From Bacteroidota bacterium (lineage in GTDB: Bacteria > Bacteroidota > Bacteroidia > Bacteroidales > CAIXZF01), in NCBI GenBank assembly GCA_022709385.1, contig JAKLIX010000016.1, forward strand, positions 8,926 through 72,925: a stretch of 64,000 nucleotides of DNA, in the 5' to 3' direction. The position numbers and the translations under genes are program-made. The notes beneath the pieces were generated by a model. It was not told the DNA's origin. It was given only the letters and a program-made list of their open reading frames with translations, and searched no databases. Shown here piece by piece: positions 44,117 through 53,211 of the stretch. How positions within the stretch are numbered: the first letter of the stretch is position 1; every line of letters begins with the position of its first letter.

Positions 44117-45259
44117 ATGAAATCCAATCGTATTTTAGTCTTGACCTTTTTGTTTGCTGTATTCCAATTTATGGAGATACCGGCTCAAAATTGTGTGCAT
44201 TGCACCGGAGCCCTCAATACCGGTCTTTTCTCCAGTGCCATAGGGGAGGGGGCCCAGGCCCTGGGTGATCACAGCGTGGCTGTGGGACAGGGCAGTTATG
44301 CGCCCGTGATGCGGGCTTTTGCCTTTGGCAACCAGGCCAGTGCGACTGCCTGGTCTTCCATGGCCATCGGCAATCTTGTTTCCGCCACGGCCATGCATGC
44401 TTTTGTTATCGGGCAGGGCTATTCCTCCAGCCATGTGCTGACGAATGCCACACCCGGCAGCCTTGCTGTAGGTTTTAACAGTGACCTTCCCACGCTTTTT
44501 GTGAGCCAGGCCGGCGGACCGGGGACCACCGGCAATGTGGGTATCGGTACTGCCAACCCAGGCGAGAAATTGAGTGTACAGGGTACCATTGAATGTAAGC
44601 ATGGCGGTTTCAGGTTTCCTGACGGCAGCCTGCAAACCACCAAGGCATTTACCCCCTGGCAGGCTGCTGCCAACAACCGTATCTTCTACGCAGCAGGAGA
44701 TGTGGGTATCGGGACTTCCAATCCCAAAGCTGAACTCGATGTCTATGGAGACATCGTCCTGGGTAAGCCCGGAGAGAATTTTATCATCCATTCCCGGCCA
44801 TGGATAGGGGATGCCCTTATTATTGCACCCCAGAATGCCAATGGCGGCTGGGATTGGAGCAGGAGCCTCACACTGAAGGATAACGGCCAGGTGTTTATCG
44901 GCGGCGACCTTTCCTACAGTTCCCCGCATACCGGGTATAAACTGGCAGTCAACGGAAAAACCATTACCAGGGAGGTGATTGTCACTGTTCAGCAGTGGGC
45001 CGATCACGTTTTCCAGGATAGTTATCAACTACCCGCATTGGATGATGTTAGAACTTTTATTTTAAAAAATCACCACCTTCCGGGCGTCCCGTCTGAGAAG
45101 GAGGTCATCAGCCAGGGCATCCAGCTGGGTGAAATGAATAAAATTTTATTAACAAAGGTGGAAGAACTGACACTTTATGTTATTAATCTTCAGAGAGAGC
45201 TCAATGAAATGAGATCGGAAATCCTTCCTGAATCACCTAATACCAAAAGCCATGAGTAA
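44117..45259 (+). CDS. fibre-like exported protein (tail-fibre/YadA-head-like Ala-Gly repeats; conserved C-terminal helical domain)
   Basis: Signal peptide. Repeated SxAxGxxAxA-type units. Two GNVGIGTxxPxxKLxVxG-type motifs. C-terminal WADHVF...HLPGVPS...GEMNKILLTKVEELTLYV. Confidence 0.6.
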   Translation: MKSNRILVLTFLFAVFQFMEIPAQNCVHCTGALNTGLFSSAIGEGAQALGDHSVAVGQGSYAPVMRAFAFGNQASATAWSSMAIGNLVSATAMHAFVIGQGYSSSHVLTNATPGSLAVGFNSDLPTLFVSQAGGPGTTGNVGIGTANPGEKLSVQGTIECKHGGFRFPDGSLQTTKAFTPWQAAANNRIFYAAGDVGIGTSNPKAELDVYGDIVLGKPGENFIIHSRPWIGDALIIAPQNANGGWDWSRSLTLKDNGQVFIGGDLSYSSPHTGYKLAVNGKTITREVIVTVQQWADHVFQDSYQLPALDDVRTFILKNHHLPGVPSEKEVISQGIQLGEMNKILLTKVEELTLYVINLQRELNEMRSEILPESPNTKSHE

Positions 45260-46178
45260 AATTTCATCCACCCTGATCGTTCTGCTGCTTGCAGCAATGA
45301 GCCTTCAGGCGCAGACACACAAGATCGAATACTATTATTGTGTTGATGATCCGCCGGTTCATAAAATACTCTATAAGGTGGGATTCAAAGACTTGAGAAC
45401 ATACGAGTTGGTAAAATTGATCAATCTTGAGCAGGGAAACCCATTTGCCCAGCCGTGCCTGGAGTTCAGAACCTCCTATGAGCCGGGTCTGTTCTGGTCT
45501 TATAAAAACAATGGTTGTTTTTTGTCCGATCTTGTTCCGGCAAATATTATCAAGCGTCAGAGAATTGAGCATTTAGCCGATCAGGTACCGGTGGGTGCAT
45601 CGATTCATACTTATCCACTGAGAGGTGATAACGAGTTTGCCTACTATACCAATCTCCGTGTTAATTTCGGTTATGATGCGCTCATTGCCGTATGCTCGAA
45701 ATTCTATCTTTATAACATTGACGGCACACTGCGATGTAAAATCGAGGACAGCGACGTGGAAATAAACGATGGTTACCTGACAACCGGGGGCCGGTATCTG
45801 ATGCACAGATTCGGCGATTACAGATCCGACGCTGAGAATAATGTGCCCGGTTTCAGGATCATTGATCTGGAAACAATGAAATATGTTGAAATGCTCGTAA
45901 TTGCGAACAGCAGTATCTTCAATATGAAGATTGACAGTATGGTCTTTCTGGGGATGTGCGAAAACAGTATTTTAGGCCAGGAACTGACTACTACGATTTA
46001 CATATTCGACATGACGAAAAACAAATGCTACACCAAAGATTATACTGGGACTTTATTGCTGGATAAATTCAAAAAAGACTGTGTTGTATGGGATGACAAC
46101 AGGACGGATTATTATGAGAAGGATTACAGAGGGGAGGACCTGTTATGGAGAACTTGGAATATGGACGCAGGACAATAA
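45252..46178 (+). CDS. hypothetical secreted protein (visibly AT-richer than its neighbours)
   Basis: Signal peptide MSKISSTLIVLLLAAMSLQAQ. ATGAGTAA overlap with the upstream stop. Its 3' end overlaps the next gene by 34 nt. Confidence 0.6.
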   Translation: MSKISSTLIVLLLAAMSLQAQTHKIEYYYCVDDPPVHKILYKVGFKDLRTYELVKLINLEQGNPFAQPCLEFRTSYEPGLFWSYKNNGCFLSDLVPANIIKRQRIEHLADQVPVGASIHTYPLRGDNEFAYYTNLRVNFGYDALIAVCSKFYLYNIDGTLRCKIEDSDVEINDGYLTTGGRYLMHRFGDYRSDAENNVPGFRIIDLETMKYVEMLVIANSSIFNMKIDSMVFLGMCENSILGQELTTTIYIFDMTKNKCYTKDYTGTLLLDKFKKDCVVWDDNRTDYYEKDYRGEDLLWRTWNMDAGQ

Positions 46179-49100
46179 GTGTTTTATTGATTCTTGCCAT
46201 CGCAAGCTGCGCCCGGGCGCAGCTTGCGATACAATACCTTCCCTGCAATCCATGTACGGGAAATGAACTGCCGCAGACATTCAGGGTGAATTCGACCACT
46301 ACGGATGTCAATTCAGACTTCGGAAAACGCAATTGCCTGAATGCCACAGCCTGGCACAGGGGCATTGATCTGAACCTGGCCGGTATCAGCGATCTGGGTT
46401 ATCCCCTGCTGGCGCCGGTCAGCGGCAGAATCTCCAAACTGGTGGCTGATGGCGAAGGTTATGTTTATTTGATCATAGACGGACCTGGAAACCAGAATAT
46501 CGGATTCGGTCATCTGTTCCAGAACGGCTCCTTGCCGAGATTGTTGAATGATTTTGCACTTGTCAGCACGGGAACAGGCCACCTCGCCATCATCAACCTG
46601 AAAACCCATCAGGCGATATCAACTGCAAACAACGTACAGCTTTCATATAACGGGCTTACTTATATTACGAGCAATCAGGTCCAGGCCGGCCAGGCAATCG
46701 CACCCCTGGGTAATTCCAATGGTGATGCCGCTCCCCATGTCCATGTGTACCATCCCTTGAATCCGGATGAGAATCCGCAGGAGGTGCCCAATGCCAAAGA
46801 TCCGCTTGAGATTCTGACGCATTACAATACGCAGTACGAAGCCACCATACCCCACACCCATCGCATTACACAACCAGGCAGCAATACCTGTTATGCCGGG
46901 GATGAAACGAGTGCCGTGGAAGTGTGTATGACGATGCTGAACCCCGGAACACTGGGTACCGCTCCCGATCAATATTACCAGACTGCTGTGATGGATTTGG
47001 ACGATGTGGCGCTCTATATCCGGAAGGACGGAAGTGTCGCCGGTCCTGCATCTTCCTGGGGAAGCCCGGGCGCTGCCTTTCAGCTGATCAAAGGCCCGTA
47101 TTACGAGTCCAGGATTTGCCACGGGGCCAGGGGAAATACTACGATGTATCCCGCCAATCTGTCGGATAATAATTTCGGGTCCAACACCCATACCGGTATC
47201 CTTCCCCGCGCCTACAATAACGCACCTGCCGATCATTTCTTCTTCGCAGATATCCTGACCCGGATCCATAAAAACGATGTTCCGGGATCCCCGGTCAGCC
47301 TTGCCATGATCATCGATGATGCACGTTACCCTGATGGTATCTGGCACCTTGGCGTGAAAGCCGTCAGGGTGAACGGAACCCAGTTGAACAATGCCAGTCC
47401 CGGTGTCCCGTCCATCATCATCGACAATTTCAGACCATATATCAAAAAGGTAAAAGTGGCACCATCGGGATCCTCCGGCTTTTATTATGAGGGTAAATTG
47501 GACTGGAACGGTACGCATCTCATCTTTAGTAAGATACTTAACGGAAATATTACTGTCGGAGAGTCTGTCACGGTGAGAATATTTACCAGTGAACCCATGC
47601 AGGAAGTTTCTTTGTCAACCGACAACTGGCAGGGAAGCTCAACTTCGCCGGTGGGTAATTCCGAACGTAAGGAATGGCAGTTCCAGATCCCTTCCGGTAC
47701 ATTGGGACCCGGAACCACCATCCTGCGCATCACCGGCAAAGACATGTCGGGAAACCCGGTGGAGGGCTTTATCACTGTAGAACCGAAATCTGCCGGCAGC
47801 TTCCCGGTACGGACCGGTGAAATATCCTGGGCTCCCGCTCCCGAGGCTCAGACTGATATCGTCCACCAGCTTGAGATCGTCGCACCCCAGCCGCCTCAGG
47901 CAGGTTTTATTCCAAACCAGACTGTCATCAACTCAGGAGATTGTGTCGCATTTTTCGATGCATCCTCCGGAAATCCTACCTCATGGTCATGGTCATTCCC
48001 GGGGGGCAATCCGCCGGTGAGTGATGTTCAACATCCTGTGATTCAGTACTTTAATCTTGGTACATGGAGTGTAACCCTCAGCGTCCAGAATGCGTACGGC
48101 AATTCCACTGTCTACGGTACGGTGACAGTGACTGATCAGATGCTCCCCCCTTCGGCGGGTTTTTCTCCGGGAAATATTACGCTGACAGCCGGTTCGGAGG
48201 TGCATTTCGTTGATCTTTCTACAGGCTCTCCTGACTATTGGAACTGGGATTTCGACGGGGCGGCCCCTCCCTCTTCCATCCAGCATCCCGTTGTAACCTT
48301 CAGTCAAACGGGTACTTACCAGGTTACGCTCTATGTCAGCAATGCCATGGGAAGCAGTGTGGAGAGCGCTACGGTCACAGTGGTGGATAATTCCAATCTG
48401 CTGGATGTCATGTGCTATGCCAATCCCTTCCTGGGGACTCCCGGAGTGGCGGTAAACCTGATGGGTGCTGTGTTTAACGGTATTCCACCCTATACCTTCA
48501 CTTTTGATTTTGCCGATGGTTTTATCTCTACTATGGTTTCCAATATGCCCTCAGAGTCCGTTACCCATCACTACACATCCGACGGAACCTACGATCCGCG
48601 TGTGACGGTGGTGGATGGGAGCGGCATGACGGGATATTGTGATGAAACAGTGACGATCACCGGGGGGAATCCCTGTGAAAGCCTGCAGGCCGACTTCAGC
48701 ATGGATCCTCAGACCGGCAGCCTGGTGTGTCCCGTGAATACACCCGTTTCTTTCATTGATCAGTCGACGGGAGGAAGTCCGCCCTATTTTTACCATTGGA
48801 CCTTTTCCGCCGATCCGCTGACAGGAGCCCAGCCAAACCTGCAGGAGGCCTATTCGCAGGGACCTCATGAACTGTGGTTCACTGTCCCGGGAAACTATCC
48901 GGTCAGTCTGCATATCTGCGACCAATCGGGTTGTGGCCGGACGATTAGCAGGTCTGTTACGGTTTACCAGCCCCAGCATTGCCTGGTAGCTAAAATCAAC
49001 AAGATGATCAACGGAAAAGTAGTGTTATCCACCGGACAGCATCGCTTTTACGACCATACCTTCATTCCCTGGTGCACTGCCTGCAGCGATCCTCCCGGAA

Positions 49101-49876
49101 CCAGCCTGTTCCCCTGTGAAACCAACAACGGGTGGAAGTTGTATTCATGGCCTGATAACCAGTTGATTATGAGCAAAAACGGAAAGCCCTACGCCGATAC
49201 TACCTGTAATCTGCTCAGTGCGCTCGACAGGGAGTTTGGCTTCAATTTCACGGATAAGGGTTATTACCGTCTGCATTTCAAGGCATGGGACAAGACCTGC
49301 AATGTGATAACGGGTTTTGACTGCCAGGATGAGACCAACCTCCTGGTGCGTATCGTGGATTGTAATGAATACATTGATATAAGTGAAAGCGGTATTGAAT
49401 TTCAGTCTGGTTATAATGAGGATATCATTGGCGGGTTTATCATCAGCGGTTCCGGAGGAGCGCCCCTGCTGATCCCGCCTGATGTGGAAATAGCCTTTCT
49501 GGCGGTGGGAGAGGTTCATCTGACTGACGGTTTTCAGGCCGAAGAGGCTTGCAGTTTCCGGGCGGCCATCACAGATTGTCCTGGATTTCAGCAACCTTCA
49601 ATGAGTGAGTTGCAACCTGTTCCGGCGGAGCTGGTGTCTGACTGGGAGGTATTCCCCAATCCTGCCAGGGACAGGGTCACCGTCAGGTTTGAGCAGGACC
49701 TGCCTGATTACAGCCTGAGGATTTACAACCTGCTCGGCGAAGCCTTGATCGGCGCGAATTCAATGTCGGGAAGAACACAAACCTTCGATACGGGCAAACT
49801 GCCGGCGGGGATCTACCTGGTACGCTTTGTCTGCGGAGGCATCAGCAAAGTCAAACGACTGGTACTTATCCGGTAA
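46145..49876 (+). CDS. M23 family metallopeptidase with four PKD domains, a Cys-rich region and a T9SS C-terminal sorting domain
   Basis: M23 zinc ligands WHRGIDL (HxxxD, about 46352) and PHVHVY (HxH). Four PKD-like units at about 47900-49000. C-terminal WEVFPNPARDRVTV...LPAGIYLVRF sorting domain. Confidence 0.8.
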   Translation: MENLEYGRRTISVLLILAIASCARAQLAIQYLPCNPCTGNELPQTFRVNSTTTDVNSDFGKRNCLNATAWHRGIDLNLAGISDLGYPLLAPVSGRISKLVADGEGYVYLIIDGPGNQNIGFGHLFQNGSLPRLLNDFALVSTGTGHLAIINLKTHQAISTANNVQLSYNGLTYITSNQVQAGQAIAPLGNSNGDAAPHVHVYHPLNPDENPQEVPNAKDPLEILTHYNTQYEATIPHTHRITQPGSNTCYAGDETSAVEVCMTMLNPGTLGTAPDQYYQTAVMDLDDVALYIRKDGSVAGPASSWGSPGAAFQLIKGPYYESRICHGARGNTTMYPANLSDNNFGSNTHTGILPRAYNNAPADHFFFADILTRIHKNDVPGSPVSLAMIIDDARYPDGIWHLGVKAVRVNGTQLNNASPGVPSIIIDNFRPYIKKVKVAPSGSSGFYYEGKLDWNGTHLIFSKILNGNITVGESVTVRIFTSEPMQEVSLSTDNWQGSSTSPVGNSERKEWQFQIPSGTLGPGTTILRITGKDMSGNPVEGFITVEPKSAGSFPVRTGEISWAPAPEAQTDIVHQLEIVAPQPPQAGFIPNQTVINSGDCVAFFDASSGNPTSWSWSFPGGNPPVSDVQHPVIQYFNLGTWSVTLSVQNAYGNSTVYGTVTVTDQMLPPSAGFSPGNITLTAGSEVHFVDLSTGSPDYWNWDFDGAAPPSSIQHPVVTFSQTGTYQVTLYVSNAMGSSVESATVTVVDNSNLLDVMCYANPFLGTPGVAVNLMGAVFNGIPPYTFTFDFADGFISTMVSNMPSESVTHHYTSDGTYDPRVTVVDGSGMTGYCDETVTITGGNPCESLQADFSMDPQTGSLVCPVNTPVSFIDQSTGGSPPYFYHWTFSADPLTGAQPNLQEAYSQGPHELWFTVPGNYPVSLHICDQSGCGRTISRSVTVYQPQHCLVAKINKMINGKVVLSTGQHRFYDHTFIPWCTACSDPPGTSLFPCETNNGWKLYSWPDNQLIMSKNGKPYADTTCNLLSALDREFGFNFTDKGYYRLHFKAWDKTCNVITGFDCQDETNLLVRIVDCNEYIDISESGIEFQSGYNEDIIGGFIISGSGGAPLLIPPDVEIAFLAVGEVHLTDGFQAEEACSFRAAITDCPGFQQPSMSELQPVPAELVSDWEVFPNPARDRVTVRFEQDLPDYSLRIYNLLGEALIGANSMSGRTQTFDTGKLPAGIYLVRFVCGGISKVKRLVLIR

Positions 49877-51434
49877 TTACCCGTCTGACCACATCGATCA
49901 CGGTACCGTCCACCCATTTGATGGCGGCAACGACTTCCTCTCCCAGCACGGGTTTGGCAGGCTTGCCGCCACAAATGGCTTCTGCTTCCTGCTGCAGTTG
50001 CTCAATGGTTTTGATGGGCAGGCCGGAATGTTTCGTTTTTTCAATCAGGTCGGTGCGCAAGGGATTGATGGCGATTCCTCTTTCGGTCACAATCACATCG
50101 ATCAGCTCGCCGGGTCCGCAGAGGGTAGTTACTTCATCGCGGATTACCGGCATCCTGTCTCTGAAGAGCGGTATGGGAAGAATCGTGCATCGGGAGAAAA
50201 GGCAGTTTTGCCAGCCGCCGATACCGTGGAGCAGGTATCCGTCGGAATGGCTGACCACATTGGCGTTGAAGTTCACATCCACTTCAGTGGCGCCGAGGAT
50301 GACCACATCCACCATAGAAGCAAAATTGCCTTTGCTGTGATAGTTATAACTGGTGAACGGACTGGTGGCCACATGACGGGGGTTCTCTCTCATGGAACGA
50401 ACACCTTCAAGATCGAAGGTCTGGCCGTCAAGGATATAATCCACCAGGCCTTCTTCCAGCATCTGAACAGGGTATTTGTTGGATCCTCCCCTCAGGAAGC
50501 GGGCTTTGATGCCCCTTGCTTTCAATATTTCAGAAAAATATATTCCGATCGACAGGGCGGTACCGCCTGCACCAGCCTGGAAAGAGAAACCGTCGTGAAC
50601 GATGCCTGCTTCGTCACAGAAACGGGCCGTCAGCTCGGCTATCATAAGGCGGTCGGGGCTTTTGGTGATCTCAGTGGTTCCGGATACGATCTTCTCGGGG
50701 ATACCCACCTGGTCAACCTTCACCACATAATCCACATAGTTCCCGTGAATTTGCCAGGGGATACAGGGGAAAGCCACCAGGTTATCCGTTACTACGATTA
50801 CTTTATGGGCATATTGAGAATCTGCGAGGGCAAATCCGAGCGGACCGCAAGCAGCGGAACCGTTCACCCCGTTGGCATTGCCGAAGGAATCTGCCGTGGG
50901 GGCTGCAATCACTGCGATATCGATCACCACATCTCCGTCCTGGACAGCCTGGTAGCGCCCGCCATGTGACCTGAGCACGCCGATGCCTTTCATCTTTCCT
51001 TCTGAACAAAACTTGCCCAGGGCACCATTCATCGAGCCTTCAATATGGTGGATGGTTCCGTCTTCGAGATATCTTGTCATGGGCTCATGACATGGAAAGG
51101 ATGCCGATGGGAACCAGACAAGATCCCTGACACCGAGTTCATGCGCAATGTCGAATACCTGCTTGGCGATCAGATCCCCGTTTCTGAAATGATGATGGGT
51201 GGAGATGGTCATGCCGTCGCGTATGCCGCATCTGACCAGGGCATCCCTGATGCTGTCCGCCAGCTTGTTGCCGTCTGCGGGATAATTTACACAGGACGGA
51301 ATGGGGGGGGCATACTTATTGCCTTCAGGAATATACTTTCCGACTCCCATAAAAGGGATGACGGCTTTTCCGTTGATTTCTTCAGGAACCAGCCTGCCTG
51401 CCGCATTCCTGACAAGGTGATCATATTTTTTCAT
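49866..51434 (-). CDS. citF: citrate lyase alpha subunit (citrate CoA-transferase)
   Basis: MKKYDHLVRNAAGRLVPEE...HHHFRNGD... full-length similarity pattern to CitF. ATG 51434 overlaps the citDE stop by 14 nt. Confidence 0.85.
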   Translation of the reverse strand: MKKYDHLVRNAAGRLVPEEINGKAVIPFMGVGKYIPEGNKYAPPIPSCVNYPADGNKLADSIRDALVRCGIRDGMTISTHHHFRNGDLIAKQVFDIAHELGVRDLVWFPSASFPCHEPMTRYLEDGTIHHIEGSMNGALGKFCSEGKMKGIGVLRSHGGRYQAVQDGDVVIDIAVIAAPTADSFGNANGVNGSAACGPLGFALADSQYAHKVIVVTDNLVAFPCIPWQIHGNYVDYVVKVDQVGIPEKIVSGTTEITKSPDRLMIAELTARFCDEAGIVHDGFSFQAGAGGTALSIGIYFSEILKARGIKARFLRGGSNKYPVQMLEEGLVDYILDGQTFDLEGVRSMRENPRHVATSPFTSYNYHSKGNFASMVDVVILGATEVDVNFNANVVSHSDGYLLHGIGGWQNCLFSRCTILPIPLFRDRMPVIRDEVTTLCGPGELIDVIVTERGIAINPLRTDLIEKTKHSGLPIKTIEQLQQEAEAICGGKPAKPVLGEEVVAAIKWVDGTVIDVVRRVITG

Positions 51435-52647
51435 TGAGTGCTTCCTCCATCCAGTTTTCAGCCAGTAATTGCATGCCTGTGGCCAGGGCAATGGTTCTTT
51501 GGGCTCGTTTTACCACGGGCGGATCGATCATCTTGGTTCCGAGTGAAACCACACCCAGTCCTTTCTGGGTGGCTTCATGGAAGGCCAGAACAATTTTTTT
51601 TGCTTTTTCAATCTCTTTTTCATCCGGACCGAATGCCTCATGGATTACTTTGATCTGCCTGGGGTGGATACATCCCATACCGTCGAAGCCCAGGGTCTTG
51701 GATCGCAATGCGTTCAATCTCAGTCCCTCCTGGTCAGCCACGTCGCTGAAGACTGAATCTATGGGCTGGATGCCGGCTGCACGGCAGGCAATCACCACCT
51801 TGCTTCTTGCGAAAAAGGTTTCTGTTCCTTCGACAGTACGTGAGGTTCCGAGGTCGGCCGTCAGATCTTCCAGTCCGATGGCCATGGCCACGATGTTGTC
51901 GGCCGCCCGGGCGATCTCATAACAGTTGACTACACCTGTGGCGCTTTCAATAATAGGCATCAGCCAGACAGGGTAGGTCAGTCCGGCAGCTTCCTGTATT
52001 TCTTTGATTTTGTCGTTGACTGCAGCAATCTGCCACACAAATTCACATTTCGGGACTAAAATGAGGTTTACATGGTGGGGTATTACAAAGGACAGGTCGT
52101 CGAGTCCGGCCGGGATCTGGTTGATTCTGACCATCTTTTCGGCGCCGTAAAAGTCGAGCGAACGCAAGGCATTCCTGACAAGATAACGGGCTTCGGTTTT
52201 CTTCGCCGGAGCCACGGCATCTTCCAGGTCGAGGATAATACCGTCGGGCTTGTGTAAGCCGGCATTGATCATCAGGCTGGGGGTATTGCCCGGAAGATAT
52301 AGCCTCGAAAAACGGTATTTGTCACGGGCGCTTTGGTAACAGTTGTTTGCGAGCTGGGGTGTCAGATACTCCTTCTCGGAGGGAAGTGCCATTTTGATGG
52401 CTGCTTCCAGCCTGGCGGCAATCACAAAAGGAAGTGCACCGCTGTCTTCAATCGTCACACCGGCGTGAAGGACGCCGAAATGAGCCAGAATTTCAAATAC
52501 CTGGGCCCTGATCTGATCCCCGTACATAACCGCCACTTTGCTCTGCAACTTCAGGTCGATCCCCCCGGAAACGGCCGGGCTGAAGGTCACCGAGCAGTCG
52601 GACCGGACTCCCTTTCCTTTGTTTCCTGCGATGAATTCTTTTTCCAC
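51421..52647 (-). CDS. fused citrate lyase acyl carrier protein (gamma, CitD) and citryl-CoA lyase (beta, CitE)
   Basis: The first about 95 aa (AGNKGKGVRSDCSV...IEDSGALPFVIAARLEAAI) look like CitD. The remaining about 300 aa (RLYLPGNTP...DLEDAV...GFDGMGCIHPRQI) are the CitE/HpcH fold. GTG start. Confidence 0.75.
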   Translation of the reverse strand: MEKEFIAGNKGKGVRSDCSVTFSPAVSGGIDLKLQSKVAVMYGDQIRAQVFEILAHFGVLHAGVTIEDSGALPFVIAARLEAAIKMALPSEKEYLTPQLANNCYQSARDKYRFSRLYLPGNTPSLMINAGLHKPDGIILDLEDAVAPAKKTEARYLVRNALRSLDFYGAEKMVRINQIPAGLDDLSFVIPHHVNLILVPKCEFVWQIAAVNDKIKEIQEAAGLTYPVWLMPIIESATGVVNCYEIARAADNIVAMAIGLEDLTADLGTSRTVEGTETFFARSKVVIACRAAGIQPIDSVFSDVADQEGLRLNALRSKTLGFDGMGCIHPRQIKVIHEAFGPDEKEIEKAKKIVLAFHEATQKGLGVVSLGTKMIDPPVVKRAQRTIALATGMQLLAENWMEEALNEKI

Positions 52648-52681
52648 GGAAAATTAGTTTTGGTAGTGATTGAAAAAGATT

Positions 52682-52708
52682 AAAAAAAAAAGGGGCAGGA
52701 GCCCCTTT
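52682..52708 (-). terminator. rho-independent terminator after the small lipoprotein gene
   Basis: On the minus strand, AAAGGGGC-TCCT-GCCCCTTT followed by a T-run (plus-strand A-run 52682-52690). Confidence 0.75.
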
Positions 52709-52715
52709 CATTCTG

Positions 52716-53045
52716 TTACTTTACTTTCGTTGCCCCCGGACGCGACTTATTTTCAGTCTTTTTGGGCTCTTCGACCTTTGGCTTTGGAGCGCTGGTTTTT
52801 GGTTTGCTGGCTTTAGCTGCTTCAGCGGCGGCGATGGAATCCTGACGGGCCTGTTCGGCGGCAGCCATGGAATCGGCACGGGCCTGCTCAACAGCAGCGA
52901 TGGAATCAGCTTTGGCCTTCTCGATCACGGCATTGATGGAATCCTGACGGGCCTTCTCGGCAGCAGCCTTTTCTTCGGCGCTGGGTCCGCAAGCCAGAAA
53001 TGAAAACATCCCGGCGACGATAAATAACATGAAAATTTTCTTCAT
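52716..53045 (-). CDS. small Ala-rich lipoprotein with hendecad repeats and a Lys/Pro-rich tail
   Basis: MKKIFMLFIVAGMFSFLAC lipobox from ATG 53045. Four repeats of about 11 aa, E[KQ]A[RK]xDS[IM]xA[AV]. Confidence 0.7.
   Translation of the reverse strand: MKKIFMLFIVAGMFSFLACGPSAEEKAAAEKARQDSINAVIEKAKADSIAAVEQARADSMAAAEQARQDSIAAAEAAKASKPKTSAPKPKVEEPKKTENKSRPGATKVK
52833..52967 (-). repeat. in-frame tandem repeat, 33/33/36/33 nt, each unit starting (G/C)ATGGAATC on the plus strand
   Basis: Units at 52833, 52866, 52899 and 52935. They encode the 11-12 aa repeats of the lipoprotein. Confidence 0.85.
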
Positions 53046-53143
53046 GGTGGTAAAAATTAAATTTGATGTGACCTGGTTTCCTAATGAAAATTCGTGCAAA
53101 ATTAGTAATTTAAATTCATCAGTACAGATTCAATAAAAAAAAT

Positions 53144-53151
53144 TAATTTTG
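53144..53151 (+). promoter_or_regulatory. -7 promoter box TAATTTTG
   Basis: Exact TAnnTTTG, 61 nt upstream of ATG 53212, in a very AT-rich spacer. Confidence 0.4.
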
Positions 53152-53211
53152 CACGGAATTTGTAAGGAATTTATTTTTCTATACACCAAAGTCTAATTTA
53201 AAAGTTAAAAA

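Noticed and set aside
42611-47518. Long minus-strand ORFs (42611-43471, 44135-45028, 46643-47518) inside the T9SS block
   Set aside because: Each lies antisense to a plus-strand gene that has a signal peptide and/or a T9SS sorting domain. The translations are Arg/Gly/His-rich with no motifs.
49827-50969. 380-aa ORF on the plus strand
   Set aside because: It is antisense to citF, whose full-length CitF-like sequence explains the region. It has a shadow-frame composition.
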